From: Methanocella sp.
Lineage (GTDB): Archaea > Thermoproteota > Bathyarchaeia > Bathyarchaeales > Bathycorpusculaceae
Assembly: GCA_050261115.1 (NCBI GenBank)
Contig: JBLNCY010000063.1
Span: 1 to 16,774, forward strand
Length of the DNA stretch: 16,774 bases
Direction: 5' to 3'
Shown: positions 8,552-16,210 of the stretch, piece by piece
Layout: each line of letters opens with the position of its first letter
How positions within the stretch are numbered: position 1 is the stretch's first letter
Notes under the pieces: generated by a model
Database searches by the model: none
Told to the model about the DNA's origin: nothing
The model's input: the letters and a program-made list of their open reading frames with translations, nothing else
Program-made: the position numbers and the translations under genes

Positions 8552-8713
8552 ATGAAAAAAGTTCAGTTTTGTTGCTTAAAGACGCCGTGTCCTTTTGGTC
8601 TCGAACACTTGACTCTGTTGCTCTCACAGGGACCCCCCGCCTGTATATATAGACTCAACAACCAAAGAAGATGGCAATGTATATCTGGGCGTTTGCTGGT
8701 TTTCGGCGGTTGA
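8552..8713 (+). CDS. Candidate 53-aa Cys-rich small protein (hypothetical; below the ORF-track cutoff)
   Basis: ATG..TGA frame MKKVQFCCLKTPCPFGLEHLTLLLSQGPPACIYRLNNQRRWQCISGRLLVFGG. A TATA-like box lies ~35 nt upstream. No homolog recognised. Confidence 0.35.
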   Translation: MKKVQFCCLKTPCPFGLEHLTLLLSQGPPACIYRLNNQRRWQCISGRLLVFGG

Positions 8714-8830
8714 GAACCCCGTTGTTGCAGGAGGGTTTAAGTGTTGGCTGCACAATCGTTTCCGAGCTTTTAGGATTCGAAAATTAGGGTATTGGAGCGG
8801 GGGACGCTTAAAGCCCAGCCCCTGGAAGCC

Positions 8831-10213
8831 CTATTGTTCATTTAGTAAGTTTTTGCGGCTAAAAATCTTGTCCAACTCTGCTTTGGAAAAGCCCTTTTCG
8901 AGCGCCACCTCTTTCACGGTACGATTCTCCGCCTGCGCCTGTTTAGCAATTTTCGCGGCTTCCAAGTAGCCAATCTTTGGTGCAAGCAGTGTAGCCAACG
9001 AGGGATTTTTCTCTAGATACTGTTCACAGCATTTCTCGTTGACGACAATGCCTTTGACACAACGCTCTGTGAACGCAGGCAGATAGTTGCTTAGAATTTG
9101 TATGGAGAAGAGCATGTTGTAAGCGATGGCGGGGGTCATTACGTTTAGTTCCAGTTGTCCCGCTTGGGCAGCAAGCGACACGGCGGCGTCATTGCCAACG
9201 ACTTGGTAGGCTATCATGTTTAGGCATTCAGCCATGACCGGGTTAACTTTGCCGGGCATAATGGAGGAGCCAGGCTGCACCGGCGGCAATGTTATTTCGT
9301 TTAAGCCTGTGGTTGGTCCTGATGCGAGGAGGCGTAAATCGTTGGCTATACGGATAAGTTCTAAGGCGAGCTCTTTTAGGGCGCTTGAAACTGTCTGGGC
9401 CCGCCTGTGACTCTGGAGTGCCTCAAAATTGTCACCGGCAGGTTTCAGCGGAAAACTTGTTAACCGTGCAAGCTCTGCGATGGCTAATTGTTTGTACTGT
9501 GGATGGCTGTTAGCGCCTGTACCCGTTGCTGTTCCACCTAACGCAACAAAGTAGAGATTCTCCTGACGCCTCCGCAACTCCGCACATGCATTAGCTATGA
9601 CGTGGCCGTAGGCGGTGAATTCTTGCCCCATGGTGACAGGAACGGCGTCTTGCAGATGGGTTCGGCCGGACTTCAATATGTGTGCATACCTTTCGCCCAG
9701 CGCCATGAAAGCAGCCGATAACTCATCAAGTGCCTTTAGAAGCGGTTGTAAGGCAAGCAGCACTGAGACGTGAAGCGCTGTTGGGTAGGTGTCGTTGGTG
9801 GATTGCGCCATATTCACGTGGTCGTTGGGGCTTACGGATTTGTAGTCGCCCCTTGGCTTGCCCAAGATTTCTAAGGCCCGGTTGGCAAGAACCTCGTTGG
9901 TGTTCATGTTAAATGAGGTACCCGCACCCGCTTGGAATACATCAATAACGAATTGATCCCTGAATTTGCCTTCGAGTACTTCGTCGCATGCTTGGATGAT
10001 GGCTTCCCCGATTTTTTTATCCAGCCAGCCGACCTGCATATTCGCGGTTGCCGCAGCCCGCTTTATCATAATATACGCTTCTATCATGTATGGTGAAGCG
10101 CGAAGTCCGCTTACAGGGAAATTTTCTACCGCGCGGTATGTTTGGATGCCGAAGTAGGCGTCTTTTGGGATTGCTTTTTCGCCTAAGGGATCAATTTCTT
10201 TACGTGTATCCAT
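8831..10213 (-). CDS. aspA: Aspartate ammonia-lyase (aspartase; class II fumarase/aspartase superfamily)
   Basis: Signature GSSIMPGKVNP, GRTHLQDAVP and GQLELNV. QAGAGTSFNMN and QSTND are aspartase-like rather than the FumC-type QTGSGT/QSSND. Confidence 0.85.
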   Translation of the reverse strand: MDTRKEIDPLGEKAIPKDAYFGIQTYRAVENFPVSGLRASPYMIEAYIMIKRAAATANMQVGWLDKKIGEAIIQACDEVLEGKFRDQFVIDVFQAGAGTSFNMNTNEVLANRALEILGKPRGDYKSVSPNDHVNMAQSTNDTYPTALHVSVLLALQPLLKALDELSAAFMALGERYAHILKSGRTHLQDAVPVTMGQEFTAYGHVIANACAELRRRQENLYFVALGGTATGTGANSHPQYKQLAIAELARLTSFPLKPAGDNFEALQSHRRAQTVSSALKELALELIRIANDLRLLASGPTTGLNEITLPPVQPGSSIMPGKVNPVMAECLNMIAYQVVGNDAAVSLAAQAGQLELNVMTPAIAYNMLFSIQILSNYLPAFTERCVKGIVVNEKCCEQYLEKNPSLATLLAPKIGYLEAAKIAKQAQAENRTVKEVALEKGFSKAELDKIFSRKNLLNEQ

Positions 10214-10287
10214 GCTAACGTCTTCCTTGCTACTGCCAAATAGATTGATAGGCAGATAAAATTTTCTTATCGCTGAAGCGTTTCTGG

Positions 10288-11094
10288 TTAGATTTCGAAT
10301 TTTTCGATGATTCGGTTCTCTTTTTCGCCCGTGATTTCGGCTGTAACGTGGAAGAACTGCTCAAGACCGGAGCGTTTTATGCGGGGCTTTAGGAGCTCAT
10401 CGATTTGAAAGACGCCCGCGGAATTGGACATTTTTATCTTGATAGATATGGGCTTAGTTGATTTCTCGTTTACCTCGACATCAACCTTTTCAATGCTCAA
10501 AGCGGAGACTGCATGGATGTCTATTTTTCCGGCGTTAAAGGGTATGCGTGCTCTTCCTGCCTCCATGTCTAGGGCGTCTGCTATTCCAACGATGCCTGCC
10601 TCTTTGGTTAAAACGCGATTCCCAGAACCAAAAGAGGGGTGCTCTTCATGGCAGACTATAGCATGGAGTACTTCTGAGGTGATTATCGCCTGCTCTTCTA
10701 CGTTGTAGGCGGGTGTTAGGAGGTTTTGCAGTACGTCATAAGCTATGAGGGCGCTGTATCTTTCGTGTTCATGGCGCTGTACTATCATGCCAACGTCATG
10801 CAGAATAGAACCTAAAACAACCACGACTTCAGCGTCGTCGTTTGTCATGCTATAGTGCTCGACTATACTAGGAGTGACCAGGTGCTTCTCGGTGAGTATC
10901 CGTAGAAGCTTTAATGCGAGGTTTGCTACGATTTTAACATGGGTTGGCCCATGATCGGTGTAGCCCATACGTTCGATAGCCATGACGTTTGAGCATCGCC
11001 AGTAAGTATGAAGTTTCCTGTCTTCTTTGATGTTCTCCATTACCATTTTGAGCTTGTTATTTCCCCTGTAAGGTATGTTAAAGCTATAAGACAT
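10288..11094 (-). CDS. HD-superfamily metal-dependent phosphohydrolase (COG3294-like)
   Basis: Motifs DHGPTH, ILHDVG, CHE, ADALDM and GRARIP. Start set at ATG 11094 because the ORF-track extension overlaps a TATA box (TTTAAA 11133-11128). Confidence 0.88.
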   Translation of the reverse strand: MSYSFNIPYRGNNKLKMVMENIKEDRKLHTYWRCSNVMAIERMGYTDHGPTHVKIVANLALKLLRILTEKHLVTPSIVEHYSMTNDDAEVVVVLGSILHDVGMIVQRHEHERYSALIAYDVLQNLLTPAYNVEEQAIITSEVLHAIVCHEEHPSFGSGNRVLTKEAGIVGIADALDMEAGRARIPFNAGKIDIHAVSALSIEKVDVEVNEKSTKPISIKIKMSNSAGVFQIDELLKPRIKRSGLEQFFHVTAEITGEKENRIIEKFEI

Positions 11095-11141
11095 GGTCGC
11101 TCCCCAAAAAATAGCATCACGTAGTGATTTAAACCTGCATA

Positions 11142-11996
11142 TCAAGAGATTGGTTGCAGGATACTGTTTGCGCGTTTGAAGTCCCGCTTTACCTCATCTA
11201 TCGGTGAACCCACGATTTTGATGTCGTCGATTTCGCCTAACCCTTTTTGGTGGGCGCCTCGTATGTGGCTAATATCATGTGGGTCAAGGCCCATTATACG
11301 GGCACAGGTAGCATCCGTAGCAACCACAGCCCTACCAGCGACCACCAAATCCATCTTTACCGGCGAACCCGAAATGGGACCCTTTCCCTCCATAGCGACA
11401 AACCCATCAACCACGGTTAACTGTGGTTTTAGAACGGTGTTTATGTCAACGATGACTTTGCTTATACCCTTAGCATGATAGATAAACTTCATTTTGTCGG
11501 GCAGAAGCCCAAACATATTCTTCATACCCAATGTGACTTTGGTGGCGCTGTGGGTTTTCATTTTTGCAGCGCTAATGATTGCCGATTCCTTCACTAAGCG
11601 TGGTACGGTGATGTCTTTGAGGGCATCCCCGTTTGGGACCTCGATTTTTATTCGGTCTTTTTCGTTGCGGAGGTTGAGGTATTTGACGCCGTTTCGGTTG
11701 CACATTTCCGCCATACCTGTGGCTTGGAATGCTTTGTCGGCGTTAGTTATGCTTGCGTCGGATTCGACAACGATGATTTCTAGTGGTGATTGTTTTAGTT
11801 TATGGATGATGGCTTCGACCAGTAAGGGGTCGGTTGTGGCGCCGGTGTCCCATGTCATAGTGGTGATAAAGTTGACTTTTATGAGCACCCGACGGTACCC
11901 ATCAAGCGCCGTTTTGTAATCGATTAGGTCTAGTGCTTGGTAGACGGGTTCATGTGATCGTTCGCCTTTTGCAATTGCTACAAGTGGCTTCTGCAA
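11142..11996 (-). CDS. DUF362 family protein (no appended ferredoxin domain)
   Basis: VLIKVN, TTDP, KMKTHSATKVTLGMKNMFG, VDGFVAMEGKGP and D..CARIMG match DUF362. TTG start with GGTG RBS and TTTAAA box at 12034-12029. Confidence 0.85.
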   Translation of the reverse strand: MQKPLVAIAKGERSHEPVYQALDLIDYKTALDGYRRVLIKVNFITTMTWDTGATTDPLLVEAIIHKLKQSPLEIIVVESDASITNADKAFQATGMAEMCNRNGVKYLNLRNEKDRIKIEVPNGDALKDITVPRLVKESAIISAAKMKTHSATKVTLGMKNMFGLLPDKMKFIYHAKGISKVIVDINTVLKPQLTVVDGFVAMEGKGPISGSPVKMDLVVAGRAVVATDATCARIMGLDPHDISHIRGAHQKGLGEIDDIKIVGSPIDEVKRDFKRANSILQPIS

Positions 11997-12044
11997 TTAT
12001 ACACCACTAAAAGGGGGAAGCCTGAGGCTTTAAACCTAATGTCC

Positions 12045-12956
12045 CTAGAAAAAGCCCACCGGTGGGAAGGACAAGCCGAGCAGCAGAGCAGCCAATAAGC
12101 CACAGATTAAACCTAGCATTATTGGAAACGGTAAGCCGGGGAACATGCCTCGCTTCTCCAACATATAGAACGTCGCCACCGACCCTGCGAGTATGCCGAC
12201 GATCGCAGCGGCTACTGGTATGAGGCTTGAGGAGAAATTGAACAGTATTACACCGGTCAACATGGAATAAAACACCAAGTCTCCCAAGCCCATCTGGATC
12301 TCCTTGAAGGAAAAGCTCAGCCCCTGAAGGAGGTCAAGGCCAGAGGATTCCTGCGCGATTTTACCCACAGGGCCCTTGTAAACAGCAATTATATCGTAAA
12401 CTGCCAAGAAGGCCAAGATGGCCAAAGCGCTGTATAGGCCGATATATTTGGCAAAAAAGATGCCTAAAGCGCCTCCGATGAGGATTACGGCTCCGTTTCG
12501 GTAGTTGCCGCCCCAGCGGAATATGGCTAAATCAAACAAGACGGTTAGCGTTATCGATATTACGATTAGTATGTAGAGGGCGCCTTCAAAGTAGGGCATC
12601 ACCGCAGAGAGATATAATATCGACAGAAGCAGCGAAGCGGTAGTCATCGCTAGCACCACTAAGGCTTTGATTATACGTTTACTTCTACGCTTGATTAGGA
12701 GATAAAATACTGTGGCAGCGACGGCGACTAGCACGACGAAGTAGATGGCGTTGCCGATTGGGGCTCCGGGGGTGTCCTCTGAGATGGGTGCAACGGAGAT
12801 TCCGCCGGTGTCCTGGGGCAGAATTATGTAGGCGCACAGTAAACCGAACAGTAAGCTGGCTAGTATGGGCAAGAGGTAGATGAGTTCAAATTTGAATTTG
12901 TCCTCTTTTGACTCGGCCTTCTGTGGCTGCTTGGCGGGTTGTTCTTGCTGTGTCAT
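12045..12956 (-). CDS. Presenilin-like GxGD intramembrane aspartic protease (peptidase A22)
   Basis: Nine hydrophobic segments. Catalytic YD (LAVYDIIAV) in TM6, GLGD (MGLGDLVFYSML) in TM7, and PAL-equivalent PGLP at the start of TM9. Confidence 0.9.
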   Translation of the reverse strand: MTQQEQPAKQPQKAESKEDKFKFELIYLLPILASLLFGLLCAYIILPQDTGGISVAPISEDTPGAPIGNAIYFVVLVAVAATVFYLLIKRRSKRIIKALVVLAMTTASLLLSILYLSAVMPYFEGALYILIVISITLTVLFDLAIFRWGGNYRNGAVILIGGALGIFFAKYIGLYSALAILAFLAVYDIIAVYKGPVGKIAQESSGLDLLQGLSFSFKEIQMGLGDLVFYSMLTGVILFNFSSSLIPVAAAIVGILAGSVATFYMLEKRGMFPGLPFPIMLGLICGLLAALLLGLSFPPVGFF

Positions 12957-13510
12957 GATGATTGTCCCATGTTAGATATGGCAATTGAAACATTAAGATA
13001 GCACTGGTCGCAGAATAAGCTTTGTTTTTTATCCACCTCAAATATGGATTGAGAAAAGTGCATAACACAGTAGCTACGGGTGCAGTGCTGAAGCCCAAGG
13101 GTGTGGCCTAACTCGTGGGTGGCTTCTTTTATCATACGCAGCTCCAGGGCGCCCCTGTCGGGTTCTTCACCATAAAAATCGGGTTTGAGACGCCAAAGCG
13201 AAATCAGCCCTACCTTACCAGAAACGTATGCTTCGCCGAATACATAATTGAGCTCAGACGCAAATAGGTCTGCGTCGGTTATACCTAACACGCGATCATA
13301 GGGTAGGTTTGCAGCGAATACACGAATGTTCTGCAGGATCTGGGTTGAGTTGGATTGACGCCGCTTCTTATCATAAGCTTGACCAGGCACAGGCAACACT
13401 CGGTCTATCACTTCGCATGTTGTGTGGGGAAAAACCTGCATTACCCCATGTGCAGTAGCTCTCAAATACTCAGACCTCACCTGACCCACTGCTAAAACGC
13501 CGACCCTCAT
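12953..13510 (-). CDS. amzA: Archaemetzincin (peptidase M54, AmzA-like)
   Basis: HELGHTLGLQHC (HExxHxxGxxH), CVMHFS Met-turn, a C-terminal CDQC completing the Cys4 zinc finger, and LNYVFGEA. Confidence 0.95.
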   Translation of the reverse strand: MRVGVLAVGQVRSEYLRATAHGVMQVFPHTTCEVIDRVLPVPGQAYDKKRRQSNSTQILQNIRVFAANLPYDRVLGITDADLFASELNYVFGEAYVSGKVGLISLWRLKPDFYGEEPDRGALELRMIKEATHELGHTLGLQHCTRSYCVMHFSQSIFEVDKKQSLFCDQCYLNVSIAISNMGQSS

Positions 13511-13519
13511 GCCTAACGC

Positions 13520-14776
13520 CTAAATCTGGTAGGTTTCGCCTGTACTGGGTGCCACTGCATCAAGCCCCAACTCGTTGCGTGCCCAATCCGCAAACAATTC
13601 ACAGTTACCTTCCGCACCGTGGACCATGAAGGCTTTGGGGTGGCCGCCCAGCTTAGTTAAGGCCTCTTTGAGCTGTGAGGCGCCGCAGTGACTAGAAAAG
13701 TCGAAGTGGCGATATGCCGATTTGATTTTTCGGACTTTGCCGTCTATGGTGCAGACGCCGTTCTCCATGAGTTCCCTGCCGGGGGTGCCGGGAATCTGAT
13801 AGCTGACAAGATAGACTGCGTTTATCGCCTTTTTACCCAGTTTTGAAAGGTAGAATGCCGCGGGGCCGCCTTTGAGCATACCTGCCGTCGAGATTATCAC
13901 GCCGGGATTTTTGAGTGCTCGACGCCTATCACGCCAACCATCAATCCAATCGCAAGAGTGCATAGCGTTCATGAAGAGGCGGGGGTCTTTTAGGAATTCT
14001 TTGTAGTTCATGATTATGCGACTGGCTTCACGAGCCATACCATCAAGCACAATCGGAAACTCGAAGTGATTTGCCGCTAAGACGCAAGCCATCTCCTGCG
14101 CACGACCAACACCAAACGAGGGTACAAGGACGGTGCCGCCGACCTCCACCACTGCGGTGCAGGCCTCCACGAATTGCCGCTCCAATTCGCTGCGTTCGGT
14201 ATGGTTTGAGTCGGCGTAGGTGCTTTCTATGATGACAGCGTCCAAGTCGCCGTAATCCATCGAGGCGCCCGCAAGGAGCTTGCTTTCCTCAGTGTTAAAG
14301 TCGCCTGTGTATAGGAGGCGTTTGCCGTCTGCCTCGATGATTACGGATGCAGATCCAGGGGTGTGACCGGCGTTTACGAGCGTGATTTTCATATCACCCA
14401 CAGTGGTTTCTTGTCCAAATTCAAGGTGTTGATTGCATCGGGTCATCGTTTTTAGCTCTAGATACTCGAAGGGGAGGTAGTAGCTGGAGAGGTGGATGAA
14501 GTCTTCTATGAGGAGCTGGCTTAGTTCGAGGTTGAGTTTGTTTGTGATGAGAGGGATTTTGTCGTTGATGTAAAAGATGGGAAGAGCACCCGAATGGTCC
14601 AGGTGACTATGTGTGAGGATTAAGGCGTCTACGTCTTTGGGCGGCACATGCATGGGGAACCCAGGCGTGTTGTCCATCATGACTCCGTAGTCGATGATGA
14701 CCTGTGTTTTGGATGTCTTTACGCTTATGCCTAAGCGGCCGACTTCTCTTGCTCCGCCTAAAAAGGTAATCTGCAA
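13520..14776 (-). CDS. Metallo-beta-lactamase / beta-CASP ribonuclease without KH domains (aCPSF2-like)
   Basis: Motifs FLGGAREVGR, DYG, THSHLDHSG, AGHTPGS, YTGDF, ESTY, VGRAQE, GML.GG, YQ.PGTPGR, FSSH and VHG. 418 aa with no N-terminal KH domains, so not aCPSF1/FttA. TTG start. Confidence 0.92.
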   Translation of the reverse strand: MQITFLGGAREVGRLGISVKTSKTQVIIDYGVMMDNTPGFPMHVPPKDVDALILTHSHLDHSGALPIFYINDKIPLITNKLNLELSQLLIEDFIHLSSYYLPFEYLELKTMTRCNQHLEFGQETTVGDMKITLVNAGHTPGSASVIIEADGKRLLYTGDFNTEESKLLAGASMDYGDLDAVIIESTYADSNHTERSELERQFVEACTAVVEVGGTVLVPSFGVGRAQEMACVLAANHFEFPIVLDGMAREASRIIMNYKEFLKDPRLFMNAMHSCDWIDGWRDRRRALKNPGVIISTAGMLKGGPAAFYLSKLGKKAINAVYLVSYQIPGTPGRELMENGVCTIDGKVRKIKSAYRHFDFSSHCGASQLKEALTKLGGHPKAFMVHGAEGNCELFADWARNELGLDAVAPSTGETYQI

Positions 14777-14898
14777 ACAAACCAGTCCTTGTAATAGTAA
14801 CGATAAAAAAGGAGCCCGCGCTGTTTTAAAAATGTATTGACGTTGTGCTAGGCTGCCTGCTAAAAGCGTACAATAAAAAGAGGCGCGTGAGGGATAGT

Positions 14899-16050
14899 TT
14901 AGCGTTTTATATGGTACTGCTCGATAGTATCCTTAGCTTTCTCCCGACGCTCACGGTGAGCCTCTAAAAACCGATTGAGCTTCTCCGCCACGTCCTTCTT
15001 GCACTCCCCACACAGCATCTCGCCAGCTCTACATCTACGCTCACGCTCAGCGAGTCTTGTGTTGTCCTCTTCGAAGAGGAAATAGTAATACTGGTAGATA
15101 CTGCAAATAGAGGGGTCGCCGCCAGTCTTTCTTTGTTCTGCAGCGGTGCCTTTGCCGCCAGTAAAGGCGTTCCAAATCTTCTTTTTCACAACGTCCGGTT
15201 GATCCACTGTAAAGATGCTGGTCTCGGGCATGGAAGCGCTCATTTTTCCGCCTGTTCCCAGTCCGGGGAGGAAGCGACAGTGAATCTGTGCGGGTTTGTA
15301 GTAGCCGAGTTTCTGGGCTACATCGCGGGTGACTCTCCAGTAGGGATCCTGGTCAATAGCCGCGGGGATCAAAGCGGGGACGTTTTCGCCGGTTAACTTT
15401 TTGTGTATAAAGCAGGGCGCGGCTTGGATAGCTGGCCAGTATACCCAGCCGATGTTTGTGCTGTCCTGGAATCCAAAAGTGCTTCTTGCAGTTGAATAAG
15501 TAATGCGTTTAGCTACTTCAAGTGTAATGTCATAGAGCAAGTCAATGTCTTTGGTGTCATAGATTATGAAGGTGTCCTCGGGCTTAAATCCCAACGCAAT
15601 CAGGTCAAGGGCGTTTTCATAGCTCCACTTAGCAGTCTCTTTTAAGTCCCGCTGATCGCTAATTAAGTATTTTTCATCGTCGGTTATCTGGAAGTATAGG
15701 CGTGTTTTGAATTTCTGCTGGATGTGAAGTGTGAATATCCAGGGAATCAAGTGTCCGATGTGGACTGGGCCGCTTGGGCCTCTGCCAGTATAGAGAACGA
15801 ACTTGGTTCCCTTGTCATAAAGATCTAATACTGTGTCTAGGTCTCGGTGGCTGAAGAATATCTTACGGTCTAATTGGAGGTGAAGACTGTCAGTGTAGGT
15901 TTCAACTCGCTTTAGGAGTTCTGGCGTGAGGGGTTGGGTGCCGAATTCTTTGATGAGCCGTTCATAGTCAACTTTGCCTTTGACTTCCCAGGGGGTTACG
16001 ACCATTTCGTTGTTGTTTTCTTCAGCGTTTGGTTGAGCCGTGCAATTCAC
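14899..16050 (-). CDS. trpS: Tryptophan--tRNA ligase (archaeal/eukaryotic type)
   Basis: VTPWEV, YTGRGPS, HIGH, ITDDEK, AIDQDPYWR, KMSAS, AFTGG and MLCGECK. Start is uncertain (GTG 16050, ACG 16041 or ATG 16005). Confidence 0.97.
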   Translation of the reverse strand: MNCTAQPNAEENNNEMVVTPWEVKGKVDYERLIKEFGTQPLTPELLKRVETYTDSLHLQLDRKIFFSHRDLDTVLDLYDKGTKFVLYTGRGPSGPVHIGHLIPWIFTLHIQQKFKTRLYFQITDDEKYLISDQRDLKETAKWSYENALDLIALGFKPEDTFIIYDTKDIDLLYDITLEVAKRITYSTARSTFGFQDSTNIGWVYWPAIQAAPCFIHKKLTGENVPALIPAAIDQDPYWRVTRDVAQKLGYYKPAQIHCRFLPGLGTGGKMSASMPETSIFTVDQPDVVKKKIWNAFTGGKGTAAEQRKTGGDPSICSIYQYYYFLFEEDNTRLAERERRCRAGEMLCGECKKDVAEKLNRFLEAHRERREKAKDTIEQYHIKR

Positions 16051-16075
16051 CTTTAGTGTGAATGGGGGATTTGGG

Positions 16076-16090
16076 ATATATGCTTTTTTC
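16076..16090 (-). promoter_or_regulatory. trpS promoter (BRE/TATA)
   Basis: Minus strand GAAAAAAGC-ATATAT. Confidence 0.5.
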
Positions 16091-16165
16091 GGTGTCCAGA
16101 GAGTATGTGTGCCTAAACGACTTGTCTATAGACTGGGACTAATGGGAAAGATTTAGCGACAAATA

Positions 16166-16190
16166 TTTTAAACCGAAACGACAGGTTTCG
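16166..16190 (+). promoter_or_regulatory. Promoter TTTTAAAC with adjacent palindrome CGAAAC-N5-GTTTCG
   Basis: TATA-like box at 16166-16173, immediately followed by a perfect 6-bp inverted repeat at 16174-16190. Confidence 0.55.
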
Positions 16191-16210
16191 ATGGCAAGGA
16201 AGCAACCAAT

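Noticed and set aside
8593-8610. GTTCGAGAC on the minus strand resembling a tRNA T-loop
   Set aside because: No 5-bp T-stem, D-arm, anticodon arm or acceptor stem can be formed.
8680-8735. CAACAAC...CAGC on the minus strand, faintly like the NAD+-I (nadA motif) riboswitch
   Set aside because: The required helices cannot be built, and nadA has its own proximal TATA box, which would leave this region outside its leader.
8711-8740. TGA of the small ORF followed by a weak AACCC..GGGTT hairpin (selenocysteine readthrough giving EPRCCRRV)
   Set aside because: No convincing archaeal SECIS structure and no selenoprotein-like context.
8624-8833. The aspA frame stays open for 68 codons after its TAG, suggesting amber/pyrrolysine readthrough
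   Set aside because: AspA is already full length. TAG ends nip7, nikR, nadA, the presenilin-like gene and the RNase at normal C-termini. The extension resembles no domain and is partly the antisense frame of the small ORF.
10255-10271. GATAA-N7-TTATC inverted repeat at the aspA promoter
   Set aside because: It is AT-rich and coincides with the BRE/TATA elements themselves, so it is plausibly chance.
81-15396. Many shorter overlapping ORFs in the track (e.g. 81-428, 430-885, 2166-2537, 3699-4070, 6703-7044, 11494-11919, 15133-15396)
   Set aside because: They are antisense or alternative-frame shadows of well-supported genes and carry no recognisable motifs.
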